Assembly: GCA_050011565.1 (NCBI GenBank)
Contig: JBEKIW010000001.1
Coordinates: 32,001 to 96,000 of the forward strand
DNA length: 64,000 nt
From: Dehalococcoidia bacterium
GTDB taxonomy: Bacteria > Chloroflexota > Dehalococcoidia > GIF9 > UBA5629
Direction: 5' to 3'
Part shown: piece by piece, positions 44,866 through 55,514 of the stretch
Layout of the letters: every line of letters begins with the position of its first letter
Numbering within the stretch: the stretch's first letter is position 1
Program-made: the position numbers and the translations under genes
Notes under the pieces: model-generated
Told to the model about the DNA's origin: nothing
What the model saw: the letters and a program-made list of their open reading frames with translations, nothing else
The model's database searches: none

Positions 44866-46401
44866 CTAATCCATTGGGGTGGCTGCTTGAGTGCCCTGCT
44901 GCCGGCCGAATGGAAGGAAAAAAGCCGGTATTACGCCAATTGAAATGATTGCCGCGGCGATAATATATTCCGTCTGAAAAGCAGAAACCGCGGCTCTCGC
45001 ACTAGCTAATAGATAGAGCAGGTAGACCGCTGTCTGCCTGGCTGCTTCCAATGTCTGGCCTGCCTGCATAAGTATGACTTGTACCATTGAAATAAAATGC
45101 ATGGTCTCGGAAGAACTGGGAGTAAGTGTCTGCGAGATGAGGGCGAGGTTTGTTTTCTGGAGATTGGTAAGGATGGTAGCAAAGATGGCAATGCCCAGTG
45201 AGGCGAAGACGGTCCGGCTTACGTTCATGATTGACGAGGCTTGTGCCGTCATTTTCTGCTCTACTGAGGCTAAGGCATAGGTCATTACAGGCATCATGGC
45301 CAGCCCTATTCCCATACTCCTGACGAAAAGCATCAACCTTAGCAGATTGTCTGGAGTGGTAACATCTACCGTACGCATCCAATAAGTTGCGGCACCCACG
45401 ACAATTAGCCCGGCCACAACCGGTATCTTGGGACCTATCCTATCATAAAGACGTCCGGCTAGCGGCATGGTAACAATAGCGCCAAATACAGCAGGAAGCA
45501 TCAGTATGCCTGTTTCCAATGCTGTCAGACCCCGAACATTCTGTAGAAAGAGTGGTAACAGAAAAGTAATTGAATAAAGGCCTATTGTAGTTACGAAATT
45601 TAATCCTGTGGCCATCGAGAAGCCGCGGTTTTTAAATATACGAAGGTCAAGCATGGGCTGGGCTGACCGCAGTTCCATAACAATCCAGACAATGAGGCTG
45701 AGAGTGCCCAGGACCAACAACCCCATGATACGTACATCATCCCACCCCCAGGTAGGAGCATAAGAAAGAGCATAAAGTACTGAACTGAATCCCGTAGCTG
45801 CCAGTGCGAATCCTTTAAAATCGAAGCCTGCCGGCATAGTTGGCGTCTCCCGAATCCAGGTGAAACCCAGTAGGATGGCTACAAGCACTACCGGCACGTT
45901 CACATAGAAACACATACGCCAGGACCAATCGGTTACCAGATAGCCGCCGAGGGTTGGACCTATGGCGGGACCAAGCATCATAGGGATACCAAAAATTGCC
46001 ATAGCTGTGCCACGCTGTTGAGGCGGCACATTGAGAAAAAGCAGAGTCATGGCTGTCGGAGTGAGAAGCCCACCGGCCAGACCCTGTAATATGCGGAATA
46101 TTATCAGCGAGTCGGCGTTCCAGGAAATACCGCATAATATCGACCCAAGAAGGAAACTTGCCTGGCTAAATATGAAAACCCTTTTGGTGCCGAAACGGTT
46201 ACACAGGAAGGCTGCCGCCGGCGTAGTAATTGCTGTCGCCATTAAATACGCGGAAATAACAAGCTGGGCATGGTCTGTAGGAACATTGAAGACGGCCATA
46301 ATGTGCGGCAAGGCAATGTTCATTATTGTCTGGTCGAGGATGACCATGAAGGTGCCAGCTATGGCAGCCAGTAAGATTTTCCATTCAGTCGTCTGGGGCA
46401 T
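44866..46401 (-). CDS. DHA2-family MFS efflux permease (EmrB/QacA-like)
   Basis: LDQTIMNIALP, RILQG, GPAIGPTLGG, SWRMCFYVNVP. Confidence 0.92.
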   Translation of the reverse strand: MPQTTEWKILLAAIAGTFMVILDQTIMNIALPHIMAVFNVPTDHAQLVISAYLMATAITTPAAAFLCNRFGTKRVFIFSQASFLLGSILCGISWNADSLIIFRILQGLAGGLLTPTAMTLLFLNVPPQQRGTAMAIFGIPMMLGPAIGPTLGGYLVTDWSWRMCFYVNVPVVLVAILLGFTWIRETPTMPAGFDFKGFALAATGFSSVLYALSYAPTWGWDDVRIMGLLVLGTLSLIVWIVMELRSAQPMLDLRIFKNRGFSMATGLNFVTTIGLYSITFLLPLFLQNVRGLTALETGILMLPAVFGAIVTMPLAGRLYDRIGPKIPVVAGLIVVGAATYWMRTVDVTTPDNLLRLMLFVRSMGIGLAMMPVMTYALASVEQKMTAQASSIMNVSRTVFASLGIAIFATILTNLQKTNLALISQTLTPSSSETMHFISMVQVILMQAGQTLEAARQTAVYLLYLLASARAAVSAFQTEYIIAAAIISIGVIPAFFLPFGRQQGTQAATPMD

Positions 46402-46418
46402 GGTGCTTTCTTATTCGG

Positions 46419-47141
46419 CTACTTTATAGCTATCTTTACTTCTACAGAAGTGCCTGGAATTAGAATGTACCTTCCCGGGTTCTCAATGGTAATTTTTACA
46501 GGTACCACCTGAGCCACTTTGATAAAGTTAGCCGTGGTGTTGTTCTGGGGTATAAGTGAGAATGTGCCAGCGGTAGCCGCTGCGATACCTTCCACGTGAC
46601 CTTGCAAAACGGCACCACCAAGGCTGTCAATGGTAATCTGTACTTCTTGCCCCGGCTTGAGCCGGTAAATATCTCCCTCAGTTATATTAGCTAATACCCA
46701 TGTCTCCGAGATGTCGTACACCGTTACTATCGGTTGACCCGGACTGACTACCGCGCCGGGATAAGTCCAGACAGCAGCCACATACCCGTTCACCGGGGAT
46801 TCAATATTGCTGCGACCTATCGGAATGTCTTTCAATCCCTGCATGGTAATTGGATTATCCGACCGAGGTGTACCGACGATGGCGATTCTCTGTCCCTTTT
46901 CCACATAGCTGCCATAATCAGCATCAAGGCTGATTATCTGACATGGTGCCAGTGACCCAACAGATATCAGCGGCGCCGATATATTTGCGTTGCTGGTACT
47001 TACATATTTGTAGTTCTGATACCAGAGATTAGCTCCGATAGCAGCGGCTCCAATAACAAAGAGGCAGGCAGTAAAGAAAATAATCTTGCCTGTCCTGGAT
47101 GAGAGCATTGATTTCATTCTGTCGCTGAATTTATTTGCCAT
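46419..47141 (-). CDS. EmrA/HlyD-family adaptor protein, short form
   Basis: N-terminal TM, IESPVNG, FSLIPQNNTTANFIKVAQVVPVKI. Confidence 0.85.
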   Translation of the reverse strand: MANKFSDRMKSMLSSRTGKIIFFTACLFVIGAAAIGANLWYQNYKYVSTSNANISAPLISVGSLAPCQIISLDADYGSYVEKGQRIAIVGTPRSDNPITMQGLKDIPIGRSNIESPVNGYVAAVWTYPGAVVSPGQPIVTVYDISETWVLANITEGDIYRLKPGQEVQITIDSLGGAVLQGHVEGIAAATAGTFSLIPQNNTTANFIKVAQVVPVKITIENPGRYILIPGTSVEVKIAIK

Positions 47142-47170
47142 AACACATGCCTCCGAAGTAGTCGCAGTCG

Positions 47171-48850
47171 TTAGTTAGCGCCATTAAGTGACCTGGCGGG
47201 CGTGTTACCTGTTTCCAGTAATACTTTCTCACCTTCGTTTAAGCCTGATAAAATTTCAGCCTGAGTCCGACTTTGCAAGCCGACTTGCACCTGACGTTGC
47301 TCTATCTGACCTGTCTTGTCTTCTTTAATCACGTATACCCAACTCTCAGTTCCCTGTACATGTAAAGCACTGTTGGGTATAAGCAGAACATCTTTATGCT
47401 CATCGACCAGTATTTCGGCCGTAGCGGTTAGCCCTCCCGTTAAGTATGGAGCCGCCTCAGGGTTGAGTACTATCTCAACATTATAAGTAGCAATGCCGGT
47501 CTGTAGTGTGCCGTACGGTGAAACGAATTGTACCAGTCCGGCGAAAGTCTTACCGGGAAACGCATCAATAAGAACCGTTGCTTCCTGGCCTTTGGATACT
47601 CGGCCCACGTCGATTTCATCGATTATGCCGGTCATACTGACTGCACGCGTATCGGCGAGCTTCAGTACATATGTATCGATAGGCAACCCGGTTACAGAGT
47701 ATCTCTGGGTAATCATGTCTCCTTCGTGTAAATTTATATCTACAACCTGTCCGTCAAATGGTGCCAGCAGCTCAGTCTTGAGCAGCGCCTGTTTGGCACG
47801 GTCGAGGTTGATTAGTGCAGTCTGGATGCTGATACTGTAATCGCGCTGCGCCTTCAGGTTTAGTCCCTGGCGATAGGTGGAAACATTTTCTTGCAGTACC
47901 TTATCTCCAAGCTCAAGGTCATGCATAACGATTTGAAGTGTCTCATTCAACTTTAGGGCGTCAAAATCTTTGGCAGTGGCCATTTGTTTTGCCTCTTCAA
48001 GTTCAGTCAGTGCTTCATTGATAATAGTGAAGCTGGTGCAGGTATCAGGGCAGGAATATGCTCCCGGTGAATGAGTAATCCGTTTAACTATGGACTGTGT
48101 ATCAGCCATATCCCTTAATAACGATTCCAGCATCTTGCTTGCCTGGCTATAATTGCCCCCGCCAATTTGTTCCTGGATTGCGGAGATATTATCAACCTCA
48201 TTAGTCAGTTTCAAAATAGCAGTATCCACATCGTGGTTTGACACCATTTGTTCCGTGAACTCGTTGAGCTCGCTTCTAAGGTTGCGATATTCAGGGTTAA
48301 TATACACATTTTTAGCAGCGTCGATATCATATTTGGCCATTGCTATTTGGGAAGCTGCCGGCTCGAATTCACCTTCAGCCAGTAAGGTCTGCGCTTGCTG
48401 GATTTCACCTGTAGCGAATTCAAACCGGTATAAAGCTATTGCGTCACTGTAAAAAGAAGGCGCTCGCGTGCCACCACAGCAGACCGTCTGCACCACGTTG
48501 TTTATTGCCAGTTCCAGCGCATACTGTGCGGATTCTGTTGACATTCTCTGAGTAGCATCATCCAATTTGGCAAGTAAAGCTCCGGCTTTAACCAAATCGC
48601 CTTTCTTAACATATATCTTTTCAATTCTGGCGCTGTAAGGAGGCGTGAACATGGTGGCATCGAAATAAATATTGACTGCATCTGGCATCTCAATATATCC
48701 GTTCGCCTCTACCTTTACTTCGAGGTCACCTCTTTTAACCGTAGCTACTGTTTGCATTTCAGTGATGGGTTGATTGGAGGTACAACTGGTCAGTGAGATT
48801 GCTATGAGCAGCAGGGTAGATAAAATGACGCTATATGTTTTTTTACTCAT
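47171..48850 (-). CDS. Efflux membrane-fusion (adaptor) lipoprotein with a long helical insert
   Basis: Lipobox LTSC; VKKGDLVKAGALLA, LLAPFDG, IDEIDV, LLIPNSA, ILSGLNEGE. Confidence 0.82.
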   Translation of the reverse strand: MSKKTYSVILSTLLLIAISLTSCTSNQPITEMQTVATVKRGDLEVKVEANGYIEMPDAVNIYFDATMFTPPYSARIEKIYVKKGDLVKAGALLAKLDDATQRMSTESAQYALELAINNVVQTVCCGGTRAPSFYSDAIALYRFEFATGEIQQAQTLLAEGEFEPAASQIAMAKYDIDAAKNVYINPEYRNLRSELNEFTEQMVSNHDVDTAILKLTNEVDNISAIQEQIGGGNYSQASKMLESLLRDMADTQSIVKRITHSPGAYSCPDTCTSFTIINEALTELEEAKQMATAKDFDALKLNETLQIVMHDLELGDKVLQENVSTYRQGLNLKAQRDYSISIQTALINLDRAKQALLKTELLAPFDGQVVDINLHEGDMITQRYSVTGLPIDTYVLKLADTRAVSMTGIIDEIDVGRVSKGQEATVLIDAFPGKTFAGLVQFVSPYGTLQTGIATYNVEIVLNPEAAPYLTGGLTATAEILVDEHKDVLLIPNSALHVQGTESWVYVIKEDKTGQIEQRQVQVGLQSRTQAEILSGLNEGEKVLLETGNTPARSLNGAN

Positions 48851-48920
48851 CTCTTATAACTCCTGGGACGTAATCCGATATACTTCCGTTTTTACACTCC
48901 AAAATAGTATTGCTGGGCAT

Positions 48921-49376
48921 TCATCTGAGTTTTTCTCCTCGTTGGAGCTCGGCAGCCCTGACCAATGAGCCGAGACCTTGCGCTATATTTGCGAGTTCTT
49001 CCGTACTAAGACGAGTCAGCATGCGGTACAAATGGGTGGTCTTATTCTCTCTCAGCTTAGCCAGCAGAGACTTTCCCTTTTTTGTCGCTTGTAAAAGCTG
49101 CATACGACGGTCTTCAGGGTTTTCCCGACGACTTACCAGTCCCTGTTTAACCAGGCGGTCGACTATTCTGGTTACGTCAGGCGGAGTCACGCCGAGAGCA
49201 GTTGCCAGCTTTCTGAAATTCGTGCTATCTTCAGAATCAATGAAGAACAAGCTTTTCAACTGTCCGATAGTCAAGTTTAGGCCCATCCAGGCCTCGGGTG
49301 CGTATTGCCCCATAGCATGGCTCATTTGCTGGAGTCGGATGATTTCTTCGGTTAGCTCTGCTCTACTTGCTGTCAA
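48921..49376 (-). CDS. MarR-family transcriptional regulator
   Basis: VTRIVDRLVKQGLVSRRENPEDRR...TKKG. Confidence 0.93.
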   Translation of the reverse strand: MTASRAELTEEIIRLQQMSHAMGQYAPEAWMGLNLTIGQLKSLFFIDSEDSTNFRKLATALGVTPPDVTRIVDRLVKQGLVSRRENPEDRRMQLLQATKKGKSLLAKLRENKTTHLYRMLTRLSTEELANIAQGLGSLVRAAELQRGEKLR

Positions 49377-49389
49377 GTGCGTCTGCTCC

Positions 49390-49447
49390 GAATGTTTTAA
49401 ATAAAAACATTCACATCTAATTAATAGTTTAGAATATGTTATCTAAA
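49390..49447. promoter_or_regulatory. Inverted repeats upstream of marR (candidate operators)
   Basis: GAATGTTTT-N5-AAAACATTC (49390-49412) and TTTAGA-N8-TCTAAA (49428-49447). Confidence 0.45.
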
Positions 49448-49592
49448 ATATCAACATTTAACTTGTGAATGGCAGAATAGAGTACAGCCTTGCTAAAATA
49501 TTGAGGCTTGTATATACTTTGGCTAGTTTGCTTGAGTTGTTGCGGTCGGCGATAGGAACACAATTTGCCGGCTTTGCTAACCGGGCTAGTAC

Positions 49593-49964
49593 ATGAAACA
49601 GCGAATCATAGCCATCACATTAGTTCTGCCTTTACTCATTGCTTATTTTGGCTGTGCCAATCAAGGTGAGCTTTCAGGGGAACTGAAAATACTGAGCCAG
49701 AGTATGACTGTGCATGAGTTCACGGGAGGTGCACCTCAAAGCACGGCTGTAGTTCGTGGCAGAGCTCAGAATGTTGGCAGTGCCACCATAGGGTCTGCCA
49801 TGATAGCAGTTAATTTCTATGACAAAAATGAGAATCTTTTAGCCACTGCTTCAGCAGTTAAGCAGAATCTGCAGCCAGGCGAGACGTGGGACTTTAGCGT
49901 TCAAACTGTCGGTCCCGACGCCTGGAAGATAGTAAGCTATGATATTGCAGCCAGCATGAAATAA
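49593..49964 (+). CDS. FxLYD-domain lipoprotein
   Basis: Signal with Cys, VNFYDKNENLL, NLQPGETWDF. Confidence 0.8.
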   Translation: MKQRIIAITLVLPLLIAYFGCANQGELSGELKILSQSMTVHEFTGGAPQSTAVVRGRAQNVGSATIGSAMIAVNFYDKNENLLATASAVKQNLQPGETWDFSVQTVGPDAWKIVSYDIAASMK

Positions 49965-50050
49965 CGGTTATGGCGAGAATTGCAAATTTGTGACCTAGTT
50001 GTAGACAATGCCGGGTTCTAATATAATTTTGTAGAAGGAGGCAAAGGAAG

Positions 50051-51205
50051 ATGAGATTTTCTAGGAGTGCTTTCGGAATAGTCTTGGTTGTACTGGCTGT
50101 TATGACAATGCTGTGGGGTGCTTGTGCAAAAGAGTCACCGCCACCACCGGTGACAACACCGGTACCGACCGGCAATCAGCCGCCAGTCATCTCAAGCCTG
50201 CTCGCACAAAACCAGCAGCTTTACCCTTCGGGCACCACTGAGATTCAGTGCATTGCCCAGGATGCAGATGGTGACAGGCTGGATTTCAAATGGGCAGCCA
50301 CAGGTGGTAATTTTAGCGGTGCTGGTGCTATCGTCATCTGGCAAGCTCCGCCAAACTATGGCACGTATACCGTGACGGTCACTGTTGACGACGGTAAAGG
50401 CGGCTCCATGCAGGCTAGTTTACCTGTAACGGTTGGTGCTAATCAATCGCCGGCAATCTCTGAATTAGTAGCCAATCCGTCTGGAATACTGTATGGAGGC
50501 AGCACGACGCTAACCTGTATGGCCACTGACCCTGACGGAGACGTGGTGCGTTATAGCTGGTCGTCTAGCGAGGGAAGTATCACTGGAGTGGGTAACAAGG
50601 TAACCTGGATAGCACCTAGCAAGGGTGGAAACTACAACGTCACAGTAGTTGTCAGCGATGGCAAAGGCGGCGAAACTAGAGGCGATGTGATGGTTACAGT
50701 ATCAGCGGCGGTGAGGACAGTAACTATCACGCCGGTGGCTGAAGAGACTGGTACGGTAGACTCTGGTGGTGATAAAGATAATTCCCGCACCATGGCTGGA
50801 GATGATGATAAAAATATTGGCTATCATGCCTTCTGGAGCTTCAATGTTTGGAATCTGGCAGGGAAAAACATACAAAACGCAACTCTGAGGCTCACTACAA
50901 GGAGTATAGCTGGTGACCCGTTCCCGAGCGCTACCGGACTTGCTGGGCTGCGATTCTGGAAGGTCTCATACGGTGACAAGCTTCCGAATTTCAATTTTAC
51001 TGGCAGCAATCTGATAAATGTAACCCTGCAGACCAGGCAACCGACATCATTAGATGTAACTCAAGAAATAGCCAATGTCGCTGCTGCAGCTTCTACCCGC
51101 TTTCAGGTAGAAGCCCTGTTTATGAAAGTGACTAACGGGAATAATGTTGCTGAATTTATTGAGTGGTCGGAAGCTGTCCTTGAGGTCACCTATTCTGATA
51201 AATAG
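50051..51205 (+). CDS. Ig-like/PKD-repeat surface lipoprotein
   Basis: Lipobox WGAC; two NQxPxI...DxDGD...W...VxVxDGKGG repeats. Confidence 0.8.
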   Translation: MRFSRSAFGIVLVVLAVMTMLWGACAKESPPPPVTTPVPTGNQPPVISSLLAQNQQLYPSGTTEIQCIAQDADGDRLDFKWAATGGNFSGAGAIVIWQAPPNYGTYTVTVTVDDGKGGSMQASLPVTVGANQSPAISELVANPSGILYGGSTTLTCMATDPDGDVVRYSWSSSEGSITGVGNKVTWIAPSKGGNYNVTVVVSDGKGGETRGDVMVTVSAAVRTVTITPVAEETGTVDSGGDKDNSRTMAGDDDKNIGYHAFWSFNVWNLAGKNIQNATLRLTTRSIAGDPFPSATGLAGLRFWKVSYGDKLPNFNFTGSNLINVTLQTRQPTSLDVTQEIANVAAAASTRFQVEALFMKVTNGNNVAEFIEWSEAVLEVTYSDK

Positions 51206-51231
51206 CACCAAGTCCTTTGATGACTGATTTT

Positions 51232-51263
51232 GTAAGGCGGCCGTAAGGCCGCCTTACTTGTTT
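51232..51263 (+). terminator. Intrinsic terminator
   Basis: GTAAGGCGGCC-GTAA-GGCCGCCTTAC followed by TTGTTT. Confidence 0.8.
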
Positions 51264-51274
51264 CCTAATTGATT

Positions 51275-51303
51275 TTGACATATTGTTAATATAGTGGTAA
51301 ATT
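51275..51303 (+). promoter_or_regulatory. sigma70 promoter of the hrcA operon
   Basis: TTGACA, 17 nt, TAAAAT with TG extension. Confidence 0.8.
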
Positions 51304-51310
51304 ATAGTAG

Positions 51311-51337
51311 TTAGCAGTCTTGGAGGGAGAGTGCTAA
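51311..51337. promoter_or_regulatory. CIRCE element (HrcA operator)
   Basis: TTAGCAGTC-N9-GAGTGCTAA, one mismatch to TTAGCACTC-N9-GAGTGCTAA. Confidence 0.93.
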
Positions 51338-52371
51338 AAATGTTGAAAGGTTTAACTGCAAGAAGAGAAGCTGTTCTGAAAATAATAGTCAGCGAATATA
51401 TTGATACAGCGGTGCCGGTAGCTTCGGAAACTATTTTTCGTAATTACAAACTGGGTGTAAGTCCGGCAACGATTCGTAACGATATGGCGTATCTTGAAGA
51501 GGAAGGCTATATTGCCCGGCCTCATACCTCTGCAGGCAGCGTGCCTTTGGATAAAGGGTACCGTCATTACGTCGAATCGTTGACCAGAAAAACTGAGCTT
51601 GACCAGCGGGAGCAAGATCGAATTCGAAAACTTTTCCGCGAGGTGGAAAAGGAATTTGAGAAATGGTTGAAGCTGGCAGCGGCTATCGCGGCAAGCCTGG
51701 TCAAAAATGCGGCTTTGGTTACCTTGCCCAAGCTGAGACAGTGCCGGTTTAAACACTTAGAGTTAGTAGCCTTGCAGGAGTTTATGGCCTTAATGGTTTT
51801 GGTCCTAGGCGAGGCGATATTAAAGCGGCAACTTTTGTCCTTCGAGGAACCGGTAACGCAAGAGCGGCTGACAATTATGTCTAATAAGTTGAACACCGTT
51901 TTTTCCGGATTAACGAGTTCCGAGATTTCGGATAAGAAGTTGGAGCTTCCTTCGGATGAGGCGCAAGTGACTGAAGCCGTGATTGATATGATGTCCGCCG
52001 AAGACGAACTGGAATACGAGCAGCCTTATCTTGAAGGGCTGCGCTTAATGCTGGGGCAACCCGAGTTTGCTGAAAAAGACAGGATGTTAAGCATTATGGA
52101 ATTGATGGAGACGAAAAATTGGCTTAGCACGGCTTTCGGTCCGCGGTCAGACGATTTTGGAGTTCAAGTAGTAATCGGTGAAGAGAATCGAAATGAGACA
52201 TTGCGTGATTTGAGCCTGGTTTTCCGCCGCTATGGTATCCCCGACCAGATAGGCGGTACCATTGGCATAATCGGTCCTACACGTATGAATTATCGCCGAG
52301 CTATTTCTACAGTGGACTACATATCGGGGATATTGAGCGATTTAGTGGCCGGTGTTAGCCGCAGCGACTGA
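51331..52371 (+). CDS. hrcA: Heat-inducible transcription repressor
   Basis: SPATIRNDMAYLEEEGYI, PHTSAG, KGYRHYV, GIIGPTRMNY. Confidence 0.96.
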   Translation: MLKMLKGLTARREAVLKIIVSEYIDTAVPVASETIFRNYKLGVSPATIRNDMAYLEEEGYIARPHTSAGSVPLDKGYRHYVESLTRKTELDQREQDRIRKLFREVEKEFEKWLKLAAAIAASLVKNAALVTLPKLRQCRFKHLELVALQEFMALMVLVLGEAILKRQLLSFEEPVTQERLTIMSNKLNTVFSGLTSSEISDKKLELPSDEAQVTEAVIDMMSAEDELEYEQPYLEGLRLMLGQPEFAEKDRMLSIMELMETKNWLSTAFGPRSDDFGVQVVIGEENRNETLRDLSLVFRRYGIPDQIGGTIGIIGPTRMNYRRAISTVDYISGILSDLVAGVSRSD

Positions 52372-52388
52372 AATTTATATAGGAGGCT

Positions 52389-52982
52389 TTGTTGGCTAAA
52401 GAAGAAAGGGGTACGTTCGATGATAAAGTGTCTGACGCAGCGGAGGCGCATGATACCGAGTCTTTAGTACAACTCATGGCTCAGGAGAAGGAGAAAGCCG
52501 AGAGATATTTGGCCAACTGGCAGAGGGCTGAGGCCGATTTTAGAAACTATAAAGCACGTGAAGAACAGGGGAAAAAAGATATGGTAAACTGGGCTAACTC
52601 CACGCTGGTCTGCGATATATTGCCAGTGCTCGATTCTTTTGACCGTGCTTTTGAAGGGGCTGACCCTTCGGGTAAAGGGCTCAGCTGGATTACAGGCTTC
52701 AAACAAATTCAAAAAATGTTGTTAGATGTTTTAGGTAAACATGGGCTGACAGAAATGAAGTGCGTTGGCGAGACATTCGACCCAAGCCGTCATGAAGCGG
52801 TAGTGCAGCGCGATGGGGCGGAAGGTATGATACTGGATGAAGTTCGAAAAGGGTACATGATTAAAGACAGGTTGCTTCGTGCGCCGCAGGTGGTGGTGGG
52901 GAAGGGTGGAGAAACGTCGAACTCTGAAACGGCTAAGGCGCCTGGGGAAAATTTAATAAACGAAACGGGGGCAGAAAAATAA
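52389..52982 (+). CDS. grpE: Nucleotide exchange factor GrpE
   Basis: RAEADFRNYK, FDPSRHEAV, KGYMIKDRLLRAPQVVV. Confidence 0.95.
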   Translation: MLAKEERGTFDDKVSDAAEAHDTESLVQLMAQEKEKAERYLANWQRAEADFRNYKAREEQGKKDMVNWANSTLVCDILPVLDSFDRAFEGADPSGKGLSWITGFKQIQKMLLDVLGKHGLTEMKCVGETFDPSRHEAVVQRDGAEGMILDEVRKGYMIKDRLLRAPQVVVGKGGETSNSETAKAPGENLINETGAEK

Positions 52983-53018
52983 AAACAATCATGAAAAATT
53001 TAGTGTGTGAAGGAGGCT

Positions 53019-54944
53019 ATGATGGCTAAGGCAGTTGGTATTGATTTAGGAACTACTTTTAGTCTGGTAGCTGTTGTCGAGGGCGGTGAGCCAAAAATAA
53101 TTCCCAATGCAGAGGGGGAGAGGCTGACACCTTCGGTAGTAGCTATTGATAAAAAGGGTGAACGTCTGGTGGGATTGTTGGCTAAAAGGCAAGCAATCAC
53201 TAACCCGGAAAACACGATTTTCAGCATCAAGCGTCTGATGGGGCGAAAATTCAAAGATTCCGAAGTCCAGTATGACATAAAGCGGTTGCCTTACAAAATA
53301 ATCGAAGCCGGTAATAGTGATGCCTGGGTGGTGATGGGGGGTAAGCAGTATAGCCCGCCGGAAATCTCGGCTATGATTTTACAGAAGCTGAAAATTGATG
53401 CTGAAGCTTACCTGGGCGAGAAGGTCACTGATGCAGTCATTACGGTGCCGGCCTATTTTAATGACAGTCAGCGCCAGGCAACTAAGGATGCCGGCACGAT
53501 TGCCGGGTTAAATGTGATACGTATAGTAAATGAGCCAACCGCTTCGGCCTTAGCTTACGGGCTGGATAAAAAGGGAGAGGAGACTATCGCAGTCTATGAC
53601 CTCGGCGGCGGCACGTTCGACGTTTCCATACTTGAACTTGGTGAAGGCCAATTCCAGGTTAAGTCAACCAATGGCGATACGCATCTAGGCGGCGATGATA
53701 TCGACCAGAAAATAATGGACTGGCTGTGCGATGAGTTTAAGAAGGAATCGGGTGTGGACTTGAAACAGGACAGAATGGCGTTGCAGCGACTAAAGGATGC
53801 TGCCGAAAAAGCCAAGCGTGAGCTATCCACAGTCGGGCAGACAGAGATAAATTTGCCTTTTATCACGGCCGACGCCTCCGGGCCAAAGCACATGAATATA
53901 ACGCTGACACGAGCCAAACTGGAACAGTTAGCCATGGACTTGCTGGAAAGAAGTATTGAGCCGTGCCGCAAAGCCTTGGCTGACGCGAAACTCACCACGG
54001 CTCAGATAACCGATGTGATTCTGGTCGGTGGGCAGTCGAGGATGCCTAAAGTTCAGGATATGGTACGTCAGTTTTTTGGAAAAGAGCCGGTTAAAGGCGT
54101 TAATCCTGATGAGGTGGTGGCATTGGGTGCAGCTATCCAGGCCGGTGTGCTCAAGGGAGAGGTGAGAGATGTTCTCCTGCTTGATGTCACGCCGCTTACT
54201 TTGGGCATTGAAACGCTAGGCGGAGTAGCCACACCGCTTATTCCTAGGAATACCACTATCCCGACCTCGAAGAGCCAGGTATTCAGCACAGCGGCCGATA
54301 ATCAGGCTAGCGTGGAAATCCATGTGCTGCAAGGCGAGCGCCAGATGGCCCCCGACAATCGAACTTTAGGGCGCTTTATGCTAGACGGGATATTACCGGC
54401 CCCAAGAGGGGTTCCACAGGTGGAGGTTACCTTTGACATTGATGCCAATGGCATCTTAAATGTTCGGGCTCAGGATAAAGGCACGGGCAAGGAGCAGAAG
54501 ATAACCATTACTGCTTCCAGTGGTCTGAGCAAAGGCGAAGTGGAGAAGATGAGGAGAGACGCCGAGTCCCATGCCGCTGACGATGCCAGAAAGAAAGACG
54601 AGGTGGAAACCCGAAATACGGCGGATTCACTCGTTTATACTGCTGAACGAACGCTAAGGGAGCAGGGTGACAAGATTCCGGCAGACTTGAAACAGGAGTT
54701 GGAGGGCAAGATAGCTGCGGCGCGCTCGGCTCTTCAAGGTACCGACACGAATTACATGCGCAGTGCCACAGAAGAGTTATCCAGCGTTATGCAAAAAATC
54801 GGCTCCGCTGTATACGGGCAAGCTGGTGCAACACCTCCACCCGGTGGAGCTCCCGGCGGTGAGGCCCCTGGTGAAGCCCCGGGCGGACCTCCTCCTGGCG
54901 GCAGCGAGGAAGGTACCGTAGAGGGCGAGTTCAGAGAAGTATAA
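53019..54944 (+). CDS. dnaK: Chaperone DnaK
   Basis: [23 protein letters not shown]; ATG after AAGGAGG. Confidence 0.99.
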   Translation: MMAKAVGIDLGTTFSLVAVVEGGEPKIIPNAEGERLTPSVVAIDKKGERLVGLLAKRQAITNPENTIFSIKRLMGRKFKDSEVQYDIKRLPYKIIEAGNSDAWVVMGGKQYSPPEISAMILQKLKIDAEAYLGEKVTDAVITVPAYFNDSQRQATKDAGTIAGLNVIRIVNEPTASALAYGLDKKGEETIAVYDLGGGTFDVSILELGEGQFQVKSTNGDTHLGGDDIDQKIMDWLCDEFKKESGVDLKQDRMALQRLKDAAEKAKRELSTVGQTEINLPFITADASGPKHMNITLTRAKLEQLAMDLLERSIEPCRKALADAKLTTAQITDVILVGGQSRMPKVQDMVRQFFGKEPVKGVNPDEVVALGAAIQAGVLKGEVRDVLLLDVTPLTLGIETLGGVATPLIPRNTTIPTSKSQVFSTAADNQASVEIHVLQGERQMAPDNRTLGRFMLDGILPAPRGVPQVEVTFDIDANGILNVRAQDKGTGKEQKITITASSGLSKGEVEKMRRDAESHAADDARKKDEVETRNTADSLVYTAERTLREQGDKIPADLKQELEGKIAAARSALQGTDTNYMRSATEELSSVMQKIGSAVYGQAGATPPPGGAPGGEAPGEAPGGPPPGGSEEGTVEGEFREV

Positions 54945-54974
54945 GGCTCCTTCGCATTTAAACTTAGTTATCAA

Positions 54975-55021
54975 AGCGGCGGATTGGTTACCAAAGTACA
55001 CCATTCCGCCGCTGGTTTTTT
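54975..55021 (+). terminator. Intrinsic terminator after dnaK
   Basis: AGCGGCGGA...TCCGCCGCT stem followed by GGTTTTTT. Confidence 0.7.
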
Positions 55022-55144
55022 AGTACTCCTCAGCAATTCATTGGAAGGATATCTATATTTATTTTGTATGCTTGTTGATATTGACAGCATATCTAAAAAT
55101 CAATAATATGAGAAGTGAAACCAAATCGAAGGAGGTGTAATTTT

Positions 55145-55297
55145 ATGGCCAAAAGAAGTATAACCATCAGCAGTACGGCTATGGCGATATTAGCCATCAT
55201 CGCTGGTATCCTGGTGTTATTCTGGTTTGATGCCGCCAGATGGGTCCTGGGCATTTTTCTCATCGTATGGGGTATACTGGCACTCATAAATAAGTAG
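55145..55297 (+). CDS. Small 2-TM protein (DUF3096-like)
   Basis: AAGGAGGT SD; MAKRSITISSTAMAILAIIAGILVLFWFDAARWVLGIFLIVWGILALINK. Confidence 0.7.
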   Translation: MAKRSITISSTAMAILAIIAGILVLFWFDAARWVLGIFLIVWGILALINK

Positions 55298-55376
55298 TAG
55301 AATTACCGTTCGATTCGACAAATACCGTTTGCCGCAGCCTGACAGAACGGGCCTCTTGAAAGGTAGGTAGTGTATT

Positions 55377-55514
55377 ATGCTGGGTATCACGATACAGCCC
55401 GTGAGTGGCCTGATAATGGGCATATTAGCCCTTATCTTCGGCATTGTCGTAATGATTTTTCCCAGAATACTGAACTATCTGGTGGGGATTTATCTGATTA
55501 TAGTCGGGATATAG
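55377..55514 (+). CDS. Small 2-TM protein (DUF3096-like), possibly clipped by a premature TAG
   Basis: Hand translation MLGITIQPVSGLIMGILALIFGIVVMIFPRILNYLVGIYLIIVGI*; not in the ORF track. Confidence 0.65.
   Translation: MLGITIQPVSGLIMGILALIFGIVVMIFPRILNYLVGIYLIIVGI

Noticed and set aside
51331-54944. dnaJ missing from the hrcA-grpE-dnaK operon
   Set aside because: Split dnaK/dnaJ loci are common; not informative from one window.
28396-55514. Genome-wide amber recoding suggested by two in-frame TAG codons
   Set aside because: Conserved genes such as valS, secA and glyA end normally at TAG, and no suppressor tRNA or pyl genes are in the window.
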